This document shows, one piece after another, positions 26,212 to 36,800 of a stretch of DNA of 64,000 nt. Source of the DNA: an uncultured Candidatus Rokubacteria bacterium (lineage in GTDB: Bacteria; Methylomirabilota; Methylomirabilia; Rokubacteriales; CSP1-6); NCBI GenBank assembly GCA_963789955.1, contig CAWBMV010000016.1:1-64000 (forward strand). The letters run 5' to 3'. Position 1 is the stretch's first letter, and the number at the start of each line of letters is the position of its first letter. The position numbers were made by a program, and so were the translations under genes. The notes beneath the pieces were generated by a model that was not told the DNA's origin, searched no databases, and worked only from the letters and a program-made list of their open reading frames with translations.

Positions 26212-26357
26212 GGCGACGGGGCGGGCTGAGGGCGGCGGTGGGGGTGTCGCGACCACGCGGCACGCGTTCGCATCCCGTGTGCGGCTGGGCTCCATCCGGG
26301 CGCGACAGCGACCGCTCCCTTTGGAGGGAACGGGTCGCCAGCCCGGTCCCGCCGCCT
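26211..26357 (+). repeat. Structured intergenic repeat family A, copy 1
   Basis: Core GACCACGCGGCACGCGTTCGC...GCGGCTGGGCTCCATC...TGGAGGGAACG shared with 55446-55611 and 55727-55894; terminal inverted repeats. Confidence 0.85.
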
Positions 26358-26366
26358 ACCGGTTTC

Positions 26367-26672
26367 TTAGCGATCCGAACCAGGCTCCGGCGGCGCGACC
26401 TTGTCCAGCAGCGCCACGAGTGCGCCCAGCCGAGCGCCCACGTCGTCCTCGTCGGTCTTCTTCTCCTCCCGCGAGCGGAAGAGCTCGTCGGTGATGTCGA
26501 GCGCGGCGAGCGACAGCGCGGTCAACGGATCGTTGACGCCCGAGCGCTTGAGCTGCGCCACCCGGTCTTCGAGAAACTTGGCGAGCCGGCGCAGATACTC
26601 TGGTGTCGCCTCGGATCGGATCGTGAGCGTTTGCCCGAGCAGGTTCAGCTCGATCCGCCGTGGCTCGCTCAT
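26367..26672 (-). CDS. zapA: Cell division protein ZapA
   Basis: IELNLLGQTLTI...YLRRLAKFLEDRV...LAALDITDEL. Confidence 0.85.
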   Translation of the reverse strand: MSEPRRIELNLLGQTLTIRSEATPEYLRRLAKFLEDRVAQLKRSGVNDPLTALSLAALDITDELFRSREEKKTDEDDVGARLGALVALLDKVAPPEPGSDR

Positions 26673-26875
26673 TCTTGCGGCCTGTCCAGATCGAGCTTGC
26701 CGATGTCTTTCAAGATCATGTCGACCTGCGCGAGGACCTGGCGACGCTCGTCACCAAGCCGCTTCACCTCGCGCTTGAGCTGCGCGTTCTCCTCGCGCAT
26801 GCGCGCGAGAGATTCGGCCGCGCGTTTCACCGCGCCCTCGAGTTCGGTCAGTCGCTCGACGATGCCATCGCCCAT
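26669..26875 (-). CDS. zapB: ZapB-like coiled-coil protein
   Basis: 68-aa coiled coil between pheT and zapA. Confidence 0.7.
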   Translation of the reverse strand: MGDGIVERLTELEGAVKRAAESLARMREENAQLKREVKRLGDERRQVLAQVDMILKDIGKLDLDRPQE

Positions 26876-29283
26876 CAGCCGCTCCGCAGGGTGACGTGGA
26901 AAGTCTCGGTGATCCGCCGGACCACTCGCTCCTGGATCGCGTTCACTTCGGCGTCGGTCAAGGTCCGGTCCTCGGCCTGGAACAGCAGCCGCCACGCCAG
27001 GCTCGACCGGCCGTCCGGGAAGCGGAAGACGTCGAAGAGCACGAGCCGCCGCAGGAGAGGTCCGGCCTCCTCTCGAAGCGCCGACTCGATCTGAGCCGCG
27101 GTCAAGGTCTGATCGCTCCCGATGACGAACGCCAGATCGCGCTCGACCGCCGGGAACCGCGGCAGCGCCTGGTAGCGCAGCGGCGTCGAGGCCGCCGCTC
27201 CGACGGCGTCGAGCGAGACGACGGCCGCGAAGACCGGCGTCGGGATGCCGAAGCTCGCGCGCAACGCCGCCGCGACCTCGCCGAACTCGGCGACGATCGC
27301 CCCGCTCTCGGTCACGAGCGTCCCGTGGCAGTCGGGCTCGAAGCCGCTGAGCCCGCCGCCCTCGCCCGTGGTCGCGCGCACACCGAGCGCTTCGAGCGTG
27401 TGCTCGGCCAGCCCCTTGGCGTCGTAGACATCCGCCGGCTCGGCGGCTCCGTCCCACTCCGGCGCGCTCCGCGAGCCGGTCAGCGCGATCGCGACCCAGC
27501 GCGGCTCGCGTCGTCGCGGCGTCTCCGTTGCCCGTCTGGTACGTCTTGGTGATCTCGAAGACTCTCACGTCGGCCTGCTGGCGTCGCACGTTGGTGCCGA
27601 CCGCGCTCAGAACACCTTCGAGCGGATTCACGCGCAGCAATGACGCGTCCTGCGCCAGCGGATTCATCAGCTCGACGGGCTTCGGATCGACCGTGCGGCG
27701 GAGCAGCTCGGCCTTCGCCGGGTCGGTGAAGGCGTACGTCACCACCTCGGCGAGCCCCGCGCCCACCAGCGCCCCTCGAACGGTCTGGCTCTGACGCAGG
27801 GTGGCCGGATGGATGACGAGCGAGATCGCGCCGCCCGGCAACGTCGACGGGATCCGGTCGTAGCCCCAGACACGGATGATCTCCTCGACGAGATCGTCCT
27901 CCATCGCGACGTCGCGCCGGAAGCTCGGCACGCTCACCTCGAGATCGGCGCCGCGCGACTTCACCGGCAGCCCGAGGCCGGTCAGGAGCTTGCGGGCCTG
28001 CGCCGGAGTCGGGGCGATGCCGAGGACCCGTTTCACGCGCGACATCCGCAGGCGCACGTGCTGCGGCTTCCGCTTGCGTGGGTACGCATCGATCATGCCC
28101 CGCGCGATGCGTGCCGCCGGCGATCTCGGCGATGAGCGCCGCCGCCCGCGCGGAGGCGGTCACGAGGCCCTCGATGTCGGCGCCGCGCTCGAACCGGTAC
28201 GCGGCGTCGGTCCGCAGACCGAGCGCGCGCGAGGTGCGGCGGATCGACGCGGGCGCGAACCAGGCGCTCTCCAGCAGCACGCGCGTCGTGCCGGCGGTGA
28301 CCTCGGTGTTGGCGCCGCCCATCACGCCCGCGAGCCCGATCGCCCGCTGCGGGTCGGCGATGAGCAGCATCGACGCGTCGAGCGCGCGCTCCTGGCCGTC
28401 GAGGGTCGTGAAGCGCTCGCCGGCCCGCGCGCGGCGCACGACGATCGTCGAGTCGGCCACGCGTCGCGTAGTCGTATGCGTGCAGCGGCTGCCCGAGCTC
28501 CCACAGGACGTAGTTGGTCGCGTCGACGACGTTGCTGATGGGCCGAAGCCCGATGGCGCGCAGCCGCGTGCGCAGCCAGGCCGGCGACGGGCCGATGGTC
28601 ACGCCGCTGATCACGCGCGCCGTGAACCGGTGGCAGAGATCCGGCGCCTCGATGCGGACGCGCGCGAGGTTCTTGGCGCTCTCCCCGGACTCCTTCAGCG
28701 CGATCTGCGGCGGCCGCAGGCGCCCGCCGGTCAGCGCCGCGAGCTCGCGCGCGATGCCCAGCACCGAGAGACAGTCGGGCCGATTCGGGGTGATCTCGAC
28801 CTCGAGGACGTGATCGTCGAGCCCGAGCGCCGCGACGAGATCGGCCCCGGAACGAGCGCCGGCCACCTCGAGGATTCCCGCCTCGTGCTCCTCCCCGATC
28901 CCGAGCTCCTTCTCCGAGCACAGCATGCCCTGCGACTCGACGCCGTGGATCTTCGCGGACGCGATCCGGCGCCCGCCCGGCAGCACGGCGCCCGGCGGCG
29001 CGAAGGCGGCGCGCAGGCCCGCGCGCGCGTTCGGCGCGCCGCATACGACCGCATAGTGCTCGCGGCCGGCGCTGACCCGGCACAGGACGAGCGTGTGGCC
29101 GTGGCTCTGGCCGAGCTCGCGCTCGATGGCCTCGATCTCGCCGACGACCACGCCTTTGAGATCGGGCGCCAGCGGCGTCACGGACGCGACCTCGATGCCG
29201 GCGTTGACGAGCCGCTCGGCGGCCTGCGCGGCCGTCAGCCGCAGATCGACGAACTCGCGCACCCACCCGTACGGGATCTTCAT
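26875..29283 (-). CDS. pheT: Phenylalanine--tRNA ligase beta subunit (several indels)
   Basis: VVCGAPN, SQGMLCS, ITPNRPDCLS, GQPLHAYD, RFERG, RFPAVERDLA, DRTLTDAEV. Confidence 0.95.
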
Positions 29284-29287
29284 CGGC

Positions 29288-30314
<1,027 letters not shown>

Positions 30315-30317
30315 GAA

Positions 30318-30674
30318 CTACCGGCTCTGGGCTTTAGCGGTCTCGGTGAGCTTCGCGAACGCCGACGGATCGGTGACCGCCAGCTCCGCCAGCACCTTGC
30401 GATCGAGGTTGACGCCGGCCTTCTTGAGGGCGGCCATGAACTTCGAGTACGAGAGCCCGACCTGGCGGCACGCGGCGTTGATCCGCACGATCCAGAGTGA
30501 TCGCGCCAGGCGCTTCTTCTGCTTGCGGCCGCTGTAGGCGAAGGCGCCGGCGCGCAGCACGGTCTCGGCGGCTGTCTTGTAGAGCTTGCGACGCCCGCCG
30601 AAGTAGCCCTTCGCCTTCTTGAGGATCTTCTTGCGCCGTCGGCGCGTCTTCGGTCCACCTTTTGCCCGTGGCAT
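30318..30674 (-). CDS. rplT: 50S ribosomal protein L20
   Basis: [24 protein letters not shown]. Confidence 0.97.
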   Translation of the reverse strand: MPRAKGGPKTRRRRKKILKKAKGYFGGRRKLYKTAAETVLRAGAFAYSGRKQKKRLARSLWIVRINAACRQVGLSYSKFMAALKKAGVNLDRKVLAELAVTDPSAFAKLTETAKAQSR

Positions 30675-30692
30675 TCTCCGACTCCTCCTGGA

Positions 30693-30890
30693 TCACAGAT
30701 AAGGGACGAGGACTTGCAGCTTCCGCTCGTCCGATTTGTCGACCATCTTGTTCTTCCGTAGCTTGCGGCGGCGCTGCGGGCCTTTGCCCTCGAGCTTGTG
30801 CTGCTTCCAGGCGCCCGCTCGCTTGAGCTTGCCCGAGCCCGTGCGCTTGAGCCGTTTCCTCGCTCCGCGCTTCGTCTTCATCTTCGGCAT
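30693..30890 (-). CDS. rpmI: 50S ribosomal protein L35
   Basis: MPKMKTKRGA.KR...TGSGK. Confidence 0.96.
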   Translation of the reverse strand: MPKMKTKRGARKRLKRTGSGKLKRAGAWKQHKLEGKGPQRRRKLRKNKMVDKSDERKLQVLVPYL

Positions 30891-30909
30891 GTGGAATCCT
30901 CTTGCGCGC

Positions 30910-31431
30910 CTAGTTATGTGCCTTGGGGCTCAGGATGATGTGCAGCATCCGGCCCTCGAGCCTCGGATTGTTCTCGGGGTTGGCGATGTCCTGCGTCGCC
31001 TCGAGCATCTTGTTCAGCATCTTCCAGCCGAGCTCCGTGTGCGCCATCTCGCGCCCTTTGAAGCGCACCGTGACCTTGGCCTTGTGGCCCTCCTCCAGGA
31101 AGCGCCGCACGTGCTTCAGCTTGAAGTCGAAGTCGTGCTTCTCGGTCTTCGGCCCCATCTTGACTTCCTTGACCTGGATGGTCGTCTGCTTCTTGCGCGC
31201 TTCCTTGAGCCGCCGGGCCTGCGTGTACTTGTACTTGCCGAAGTCCATGATACGGCACACCGGCGGCGACGCATCGGGCGCGACCTCGACCAGATCGAGC
31301 TCCTGCTGGCGCGCGGTCTCGAGGGCCGTCGCGATCGGCAGGATACCGAGCTGCGAGCCGTCGGCGCCGACGACGCGGACTTCGCGGACACGGATGCCTT
31401 CGTTGATACGGATGTCCTTGGCTTGGCTGAT
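30910..31431 (-). CDS. infC: Translation initiation factor IF-3 (ATC start)
   Basis: In-frame extension I-S-Q-A-K-D-I-R-I-N-E-G-I-R after SD GAGGAG; PPVCRIMDFGKYKY, VRFKGRE. Confidence 0.93.
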   Translation of the reverse strand: MSQAKDIRINEGIRVREVRVVGADGSQLGILPIATALETARQQELDLVEVAPDASPPVCRIMDFGKYKYTQARRLKEARKKQTTIQVKEVKMGPKTEKHDFDFKLKHVRRFLEEGHKAKVTVRFKGREMAHTELGWKMLNKMLEATQDIANPENNPRLEGRMLHIILSPKAHN

Positions 31432-31446
31432 AGGTGTGGCTCCTCG

Positions 31447-33321
31447 TTAGTTAGTGGTAGTGCGCGCTACAGGCCGTCGCGGGGCTGGGGCCCCGCCGGC
31501 CGAGGCGCGCCTATAAGTGGTCACGGGCCGGACGATCACGACGCGGCCCACGGCCAGGCTGGCGTCGCGCGAGCCGATCTCGCGGGTGAGGTCGGCGAGC
31601 ACGCGGTCGATGGGCACGGCGCCCAGATCGTCGCCGGAGCGGTGCCGGAGGCTCACGGTGCCGTTCTCGGCCTCCCGGGCGCCGACGACGAGCATGTACG
31701 GCACCTTGCGGACCTGCGCGTCGCGGATACGGTAGCCGAGCTTCTCGTTGCGGTCGTCGAGCTCGGCGCGGATGCGCGCGGCGCGCAGGCGGCCGTGGAC
31801 CGTGCGCGCGTAGTCGATGTGCTTCTCGCTGATCGGCAGTACGCGCGCCTGGACCGGGGCCAGCCAGGTCGGGAAGGCCCCGGCGTAGTGCTCGACGAGA
31901 ACGCCGACGAAGCGCTCGAACGAGCCGAAGATCGCCCGGTGGATCATGACCGGACGCTTGGGCTGCCCGTCACTGTCGATGTATTCGAGCCCGAAGCGAT
32001 CCGGCTGCTGGAAGTCGACCTGGATCGTCGCCACCTGCCAGCGCCGTCCGAGCGCGTCCTGGACGTCGACGTCGATCTTCGGGCCGTAGAACGTTCCGTC
32101 ACCCGGATTCAGCTCGAAGGCGAGGCCGTTCGCGCGCAGCGCGTCGTGCAGCGCGCCCTCGGCCGCCTGCCACTGCTCGTCCGAGCCCAGTGATTTCTCG
32201 GGGCGCGTCGACAGCTTGAAGAACGGCTCGAGCATGAAGGTCTTGTACCACTCGCGGACCAGCTCGAGCACCGCGGTGATCTCGTCCTGGATCTGATCGA
32301 GGCGGCAGTAGATGTGCGCGTCGTCCTGCGTGAACTGCCGCACCCGCATGAGGCCGGTCAAGGTGCCCGAGCGCTCGTTGCGGTGCAGCCGTCCCATGTC
32401 CGCGAAGCGGAGCGGCAGGTCGCGATACGAGCGCAGCGCGTGCCGATAGACCAGCGTCGACTCGGGGCAGTTCATCGGCTTGAGGCCGAAGAGCTGCTCC
32501 TCGGACTCCACCAGGAACATGTTCTCGCGGTAGTGATCCCAGTGACCCGATTCTTCCCAGAGCTTCTTGTTGACGAGGATCGGCGTCGAGATCTCCTGAT
32601 AGCCGCGCGCGTCGAGCACCTCGCGGACGAAGCGCTCGAGCTCGCGCACCATCACCCAGCCGTTCGGGAGCCAGAAGGGCGCGCCGGGCGAGACGTCGTG
32701 GAACGCGTACAGATCGAGCTCGCGTCCGAGCTTGCGATGGTCGCGCTTCTTCGCCTCCTCGAGGCGCCAGAGGTGCTTGTCGAGCTCCTCCTGCGTCAGC
32801 CACGCGGTGCCGTAGATGCGCTGGAGCATCGGGTTGCGCTCGTCGCCGCGCCAGTAGGCCCCCGAGGACGACAGGAGCTTGAAGTGCTTCACCTGCCCCG
32901 TCGACGGCACGTGCGGCCCGCGGCAGAGGTCGATGAAGTCGCCCTGACTGTAGAGCGACACGCGCGGGGCATCGATGCCCTCGAGGATCTCGACCTTGAA
33001 CGGCTCGTTCCGCTCGCGGAAGAAGCGAATGGCCTCCTCGCGTGGCATCTCCTGCCGCTGGAACGGGAGGTCGGCCTTCGCGATCTCCTTCATGACCTCT
33101 TCGATCTTCGCGAGGTCTTCCGGAGTGAACGGCTCCGATTTGGCGAAGTCGTAGTAGAAGCCGTCCTCGATCGACGGACCGATCGCGACGCGAACCGCGG
33201 GAAAGAGCCGCTTCACGGCTTGCGCCATGACGTGCGACGTGGAATGCCGCAGGGTCGCGAGCGGCGACGGATCGCAGTCGAAGTCGCCGGTCAGCTTGAG
33301 GTGACGATCTTCTTCAGACAG
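31447..33321 (-). CDS. thrS: Threonine--tRNA ligase (no TGS domain; CTG start as read; true stop possibly near 31535)
   Basis: LRHSTSHVMAQAV, DLCRGPH, KPMNCP, RVRQFTQDDAH, FYGPKID, HRAIFGSFERF. Confidence 0.96.
   Translation of the reverse strand: MSEEDRHLKLTGDFDCDPSPLATLRHSTSHVMAQAVKRLFPAVRVAIGPSIEDGFYYDFAKSEPFTPEDLAKIEEVMKEIAKADLPFQRQEMPREEAIRFFRERNEPFKVEILEGIDAPRVSLYSQGDFIDLCRGPHVPSTGQVKHFKLLSSSGAYWRGDERNPMLQRIYGTAWLTQEELDKHLWRLEEAKKRDHRKLGRELDLYAFHDVSPGAPFWLPNGWVMVRELERFVREVLDARGYQEISTPILVNKKLWEESGHWDHYRENMFLVESEEQLFGLKPMNCPESTLVYRHALRSYRDLPLRFADMGRLHRNERSGTLTGLMRVRQFTQDDAHIYCRLDQIQDEITAVLELVREWYKTFMLEPFFKLSTRPEKSLGSDEQWQAAEGALHDALRANGLAFELNPGDGTFYGPKIDVDVQDALGRRWQVATIQVDFQQPDRFGLEYIDSDGQPKRPVMIHRAIFGSFERFVGVLVEHYAGAFPTWLAPVQARVLPISEKHIDYARTVHGRLRAARIRAELDDRNEKLGYRIRDAQVRKVPYMLVVGAREAENGTVSLRHRSGDDLGAVPIDRVLADLTREIGSRDASLAVGRVVIVRPVTTYRRASAGGAPAPRRPVARTTTN
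31460..31510 (-). repeat. Hairpin repeat family B, copy in the infC leader
   Basis: 51 bp, 3 mismatches versus 33352-33402. Confidence 0.9.
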
Positions 33322-33351
33322 TGGTGCGCTCGTCAGTCAGTGTGACTAGTC

Positions 33352-33402
33352 GTGCGCGCTGCAGGCCGTCGCGGGGCTAGGGCCCCGCCGGCCAAGGCGC
33401 GC
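33352..33402 (-). repeat. Hairpin repeat family B, copy in the thrS leader
   Basis: 51 bp, 3 mismatches versus 31460-31510. Confidence 0.9.
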
Positions 33403-33413
33403 TCATGAAAAAG

Positions 33414-33488
33414 TGGTAGGCTCGGGCGGTTTCGAACCGCCGACCTCCTCTGCGTCAGAGAGGCGCTCTCCCACTGAGCTACGAGCCT
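33414..33488 (-). tRNA. tRNA-Val (GAC)
   Basis: AGGCTCGTAGCTCAG...CCTCT CTGACGC AGAGG...GGTTCGAAACC...CCTACCA. Confidence 0.96.
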
Positions 33489-33504
33489 ATCCAGAGTGAC
33501 GCTC

Positions 33505-33534
33505 ATGCTACATGCGACGCGGCGAGCATGTCAA
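33505..33534 (-). promoter_or_regulatory. Putative sigma70 promoter for tRNA-Val-thrS-infC
   Basis: TTGACA-18 nt-TAGCAT. Confidence 0.6.
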
Positions 33535-33560
33535 GGCAAGGTCCTGGAATTACGAGCGTT

Positions 33561-34578
33561 TCAACGAAGGATATTGGTGAGCGAGCTCTCGACCAGCTGA
33601 TAGTGGAACGCGGCGACGATCTTGACGCCCGAGCTGCCGGACTTCGCCGACGCCATGAGAGACGCGGGAACGGGCGGAAATGGCTGCGCGAGCTTGATGG
33701 CGTTCGCGGCGTAGTCGTCATAGATCGGGTAGCCCGACTGCTGGGCCACCTCGACCGTCGGGACGCGGCCGTCCTTCAGGATGCCGAACACGATCACGAG
33801 TCGGGCCGACTTGTAGTCGCAGTGGCCGTTCGCGAGGTCCTTGACGCAGGGATAGCCCCACTTCTCCTTGATCATCCGGCGGATGCGCTCGAGGTAGTCG
33901 TTGAACTTCGGATCGTTGGAGTCGAGCGGAATCGGCTCGCCTTCGATCCCGGCCCAGCCCTCTCCCGAGCCTCCAGCCCCTGGGGGTCCGCCTCGACGCA
34001 GCGCAGAGCGGCTATCGATCAGCGGCGGGCGCGGTGGAACCGCGGCCACCCTGGGCTGCGGCGGGCTCGCCGGAGCCGCCTCGCGCGGCGCCGCCGCGTC
34101 CGGCGCGGGTGCCGGCTCGTTCGACGATCGGCTCGGTCGGTTGCGGAGGAGGCGGAGTCGCGGCGGCCTGCAGGCCGTCGGGCGCCGGCGGTTCGGGCGT
34201 GGCCGACCGGGCGGGCTGGCTCGGCGGAGCCGTCTGATTCGGGGCTCGCTGCTGCGGCGCGCGAGCCTCGCGCTGGGCCGGCTGCGGCGGGCTCGGAGCC
34301 ATCCTCGGCTGCGGCGGGGCTTTGGCCACCTCGGGTGCCGGGGGCGTGGGCGGAGCCTTCGGCGCCGGTGACGGCGCCGGCGGCGATCCGCGCTGTGCCT
34401 GCTCCTCGGCCTGCGGAAGCTCGACGAAGAGAGGCTCGCCCCGCTTGACCATGGGCGAGTCCGACGGAGTCCGAATGAAGAAAACGGCAGCGAGCAAAAG
34501 GAGATGGAGGCCGACCGACACCCCGATGGCGACGGCAAGAGGGCCCGAGTTCACACGTCGTGGGCCGTGCACACGCAT
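33561..34578 (-). CDS. TonB/TolA-like energy transducer (indels)
   Basis: TM helix with SVGLH, Pro-rich linker, C-terminal YLERIRRMIKEKW.YP...SGYPIYDDYAANAIKLAQPFPP. Confidence 0.8.
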
Positions 34579-34607
34579 CTCCAGAGATTATAGCCCCGCG
34601 CCGCCGG

Positions 34608-35624
34608 CTACAGGTCTCGGTCCATGGCCCTGGCGATCTTCCGCACGCGCTGCATCAGGGCGGCGAAACGCTCGGGCTTGAGCGACTGCGGCCCATCAGA
34701 CAGGGCCTCCTCGGGATGCGGATGCACCTCGATGATGAGCCCGTCGGCGCCGGCCGCGACGCCGGCCAGGGCCATCGCTTCGACGAACTGCCAGTGGCCC
34801 GTTCCGTGGCTCGGATCGACCAGGATGGGCAGATGCGAGAGCTGTTTGACCGCCGGGACCGCGTTGAGGTCGAGCGTGAACCGCGTCGAGGCCTCGAACG
34901 TACGGATCCCGCGCTCGCAGAGGATGACGTTCGGGTTGCCGCGCGCGAGCACGTACTCGGCCGAGAGGAGCCACTCCTGGATCGTCGTCGCCATGCCGCG
35001 CTTCAACAGGACGGGCTTGCCGGCATCGCCTACGCGCCGGAGCAGCGGGAAGTTCTGCACGTTGCGGGCGCCGACCTGCAGGATGTCGGCGTGCTCGGCG
35101 ACGATATCGACCTTGTCGGGCTCCATGACCTCGGTGACGATCGGCAGTCCGGTCTCGCGCTTGGCTTCGGCCAGGAGCTTCAGCCCCTCGTCCTCGAGCC
35201 CCTGGAAGGCATAGGGCGAGGTGCGCGGCTTGAAGGCGCCGCCGCGCAGGATGTGGGCGCCGGCCGCCTTCACCTTCTCGGCGGCCTCGAGCAGCTGCGG
35301 GCGCGACTCGACGGAGCACGGCCCGGCCATGACCACCAGCGACTTGCCGCCGATCGTCACGTCGCCGACGCGGATCACGGTCGGCTCGTCGCGGACCTCG
35401 CGGCTCGCGAGCTTGAACGGCTTGAGGATCGGAGTGACCGACTCGACGCACTCGAGCGACTCGAGGCTCCGCAGCGCGTCCTTGCCGCGATCGTCGCCGA
35501 CCGCGCCGATCACCGTGCGCAGCGCGCCGCGGATCGTGTGCGGGCTGTAGCCCATGGCGGTGATGCGATGACAAACGTCCTCGACCTGCGCGTCCGAGGC
35601 TCCCGACTTCAGCACGATGATCAT
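34608..35624 (-). CDS. aroF: DAHP synthase type I-beta with N-terminal regulatory domain
   Basis: [39 protein letters not shown]. Confidence 0.95.
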   Translation of the reverse strand: MIIVLKSGASDAQVEDVCHRITAMGYSPHTIRGALRTVIGAVGDDRGKDALRSLESLECVESVTPILKPFKLASREVRDEPTVIRVGDVTIGGKSLVVMAGPCSVESRPQLLEAAEKVKAAGAHILRGGAFKPRTSPYAFQGLEDEGLKLLAEAKRETGLPIVTEVMEPDKVDIVAEHADILQVGARNVQNFPLLRRVGDAGKPVLLKRGMATTIQEWLLSAEYVLARGNPNVILCERGIRTFEASTRFTLDLNAVPAVKQLSHLPILVDPSHGTGHWQFVEAMALAGVAAGADGLIIEVHPHPEEALSDGPQSLKPERFAALMQRVRKIARAMDRDL

Positions 35625-35628
35625 GGCT

Positions 35629-35814
35629 GTTGTTGTAGCGGGGACCGTGAGGCCGGCTCACACCGAGGGTGGCCTGAGATAGGCGCGACCCGGCTCCGTT
35701 TTGCCCGCTCCTTTCCGTGCCGTTCATGACGGCACTCTGGTTTCGTTGTTGTAGCGGGGACCGTGAGATCGGCTCACACCGAGGGTGGCCTGAGATAGGC
35801 GCGACCCGGCTCCG
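35629..35814 (-). repeat. Tandem 70-bp structured repeat (family C) in the aroF 5' UTR
   Basis: 35629-35698 and 35745-35814 differ at 2 adjacent positions. Confidence 0.92.
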
Positions 35815-35864
35815 CTCGCCCGTTCTCTGCCGTTGTTGCGCCGTCTCGCCTCCCCCGTCGTCTG

Positions 35865-35899
35865 AAAAAACAAAAGGCCGCGGGGAGAGCCCGCGGCCT
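35865..35899 (-). terminator. Intrinsic terminator of the aroF attenuator
   Basis: AGGCCGCGGG-CTCTC-CCCGCGGCCT followed by TTTGTTTTTT. Confidence 0.85.
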
Positions 35900-35950
35900 G
35901 GAGTGGATCGGCGCCGCGGGCTTTCGGTCCGCCCGCGGCCCCTGCTTATC

Positions 35951-36026
35951 TCAAGTCAGAGCGCCTGGGCGGACCTCGCCGAAGAAGTAAAAGTAAAAGC
36001 CGAAGTACCGAGATCGAGGTGCTCAT
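35951..36026 (-). promoter_or_regulatory. Putative Phe/Tyr-rich attenuator leader peptide
   Basis: TAC TTC GGC TTT TAC TTT TAC TTC TTC (YFGFYFYFF), one base out of frame from ATG 36026, upstream of competing GGCCGCGGGC/CCCGCGGC hairpins. Confidence 0.7.
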
Positions 36027-36041
36027 GGCGTGTCGGAAAGT

Positions 36042-36782
36042 CTAGCGGGGCGTCCCGGGGCCGTCAAGCGCTTTCTCGGCGCCGCCCTTGTCGCCGCGCG
36101 GCTTGTGAAACCGCTTGATCAGGCTCGCGCGGTAGTAGTAGAGCGGCAGGCAGAGCGCCACGACGATCGCCATGAACGCGATGGCGTAGATGTATTGCTG
36201 CTCGGCCACGTGCGCGCCGAAGTACGACGAGACCCACGTGCCGGGAATTCGCGCGACGGTCGAGACGACCGCGAACAGCCAGAAGGGCATCGGACTGATG
36301 CCGAACAGGTACGAGACGATGTCCTTCGGGAAGCCCGGGATCAGATACAAGATGAAGCAGATGATCGCGCCCTCGGCTTCGAGGACGAAGTTCATCTGAT
36401 TCCAGTGGTGCTCGCTGAGCCATGGGCGCACGAGCGGCTCGCCCCATCTGCGCCCTACCCAGAAGCAGAAGAGCGTGCCGACCGTCAGGCCGATCGTCGA
36501 GTAGAGGAGCCCGAGCCACGTGCCGAAGAGCGCGCCGCCGACCGGTCCGGTGATCTCGCCGGGGATCGGCGAGATGATCACCTGGAGCGCCTGGATGGCG
36601 ATGAAGACGAGGGGCGCCATCCAGCCCCACGAGCGCACCGTGTCCTTGAGGAACTTCTTGTCCTGGTAGAGGCGGACCGTGAACCGGATGATCGCGGCGT
36701 CGGCGGCGACGAGCCAGATGATGATCGCGAGCAGCAGCAGGAGCACCGCCGTGACCAGCGCCCACCGAGCGCGGTCAGTCAT
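36042..36782 (-). CDS. TVP38/TMEM64 (DedA/SNARE-associated) membrane protein
   Basis: QALQVIISPIPGE, GGALFG, YLIPGFPKD. Confidence 0.88.
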   Translation of the reverse strand: MTDRARWALVTAVLLLLLAIIIWLVAADAAIIRFTVRLYQDKKFLKDTVRSWGWMAPLVFIAIQALQVIISPIPGEITGPVGGALFGTWLGLLYSTIGLTVGTLFCFWVGRRWGEPLVRPWLSEHHWNQMNFVLEAEGAIICFILYLIPGFPKDIVSYLFGISPMPFWLFAVVSTVARIPGTWVSSYFGAHVAEQQYIYAIAFMAIVVALCLPLYYYRASLIKRFHKPRGDKGGAEKALDGPGTPR

Positions 36783-36800
36783 CGGGAGCGGTGCGCGGCC

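Noticed and set aside
33322..33413. T-box riboswitch upstream of thrS
   Set aside because: The leader is only about 90 nt and has no T-box consensus or terminator
35629..35814. CRISPR array
   Set aside because: Only two 70-bp units, too long for CRISPR repeats, and no cas genes in the window
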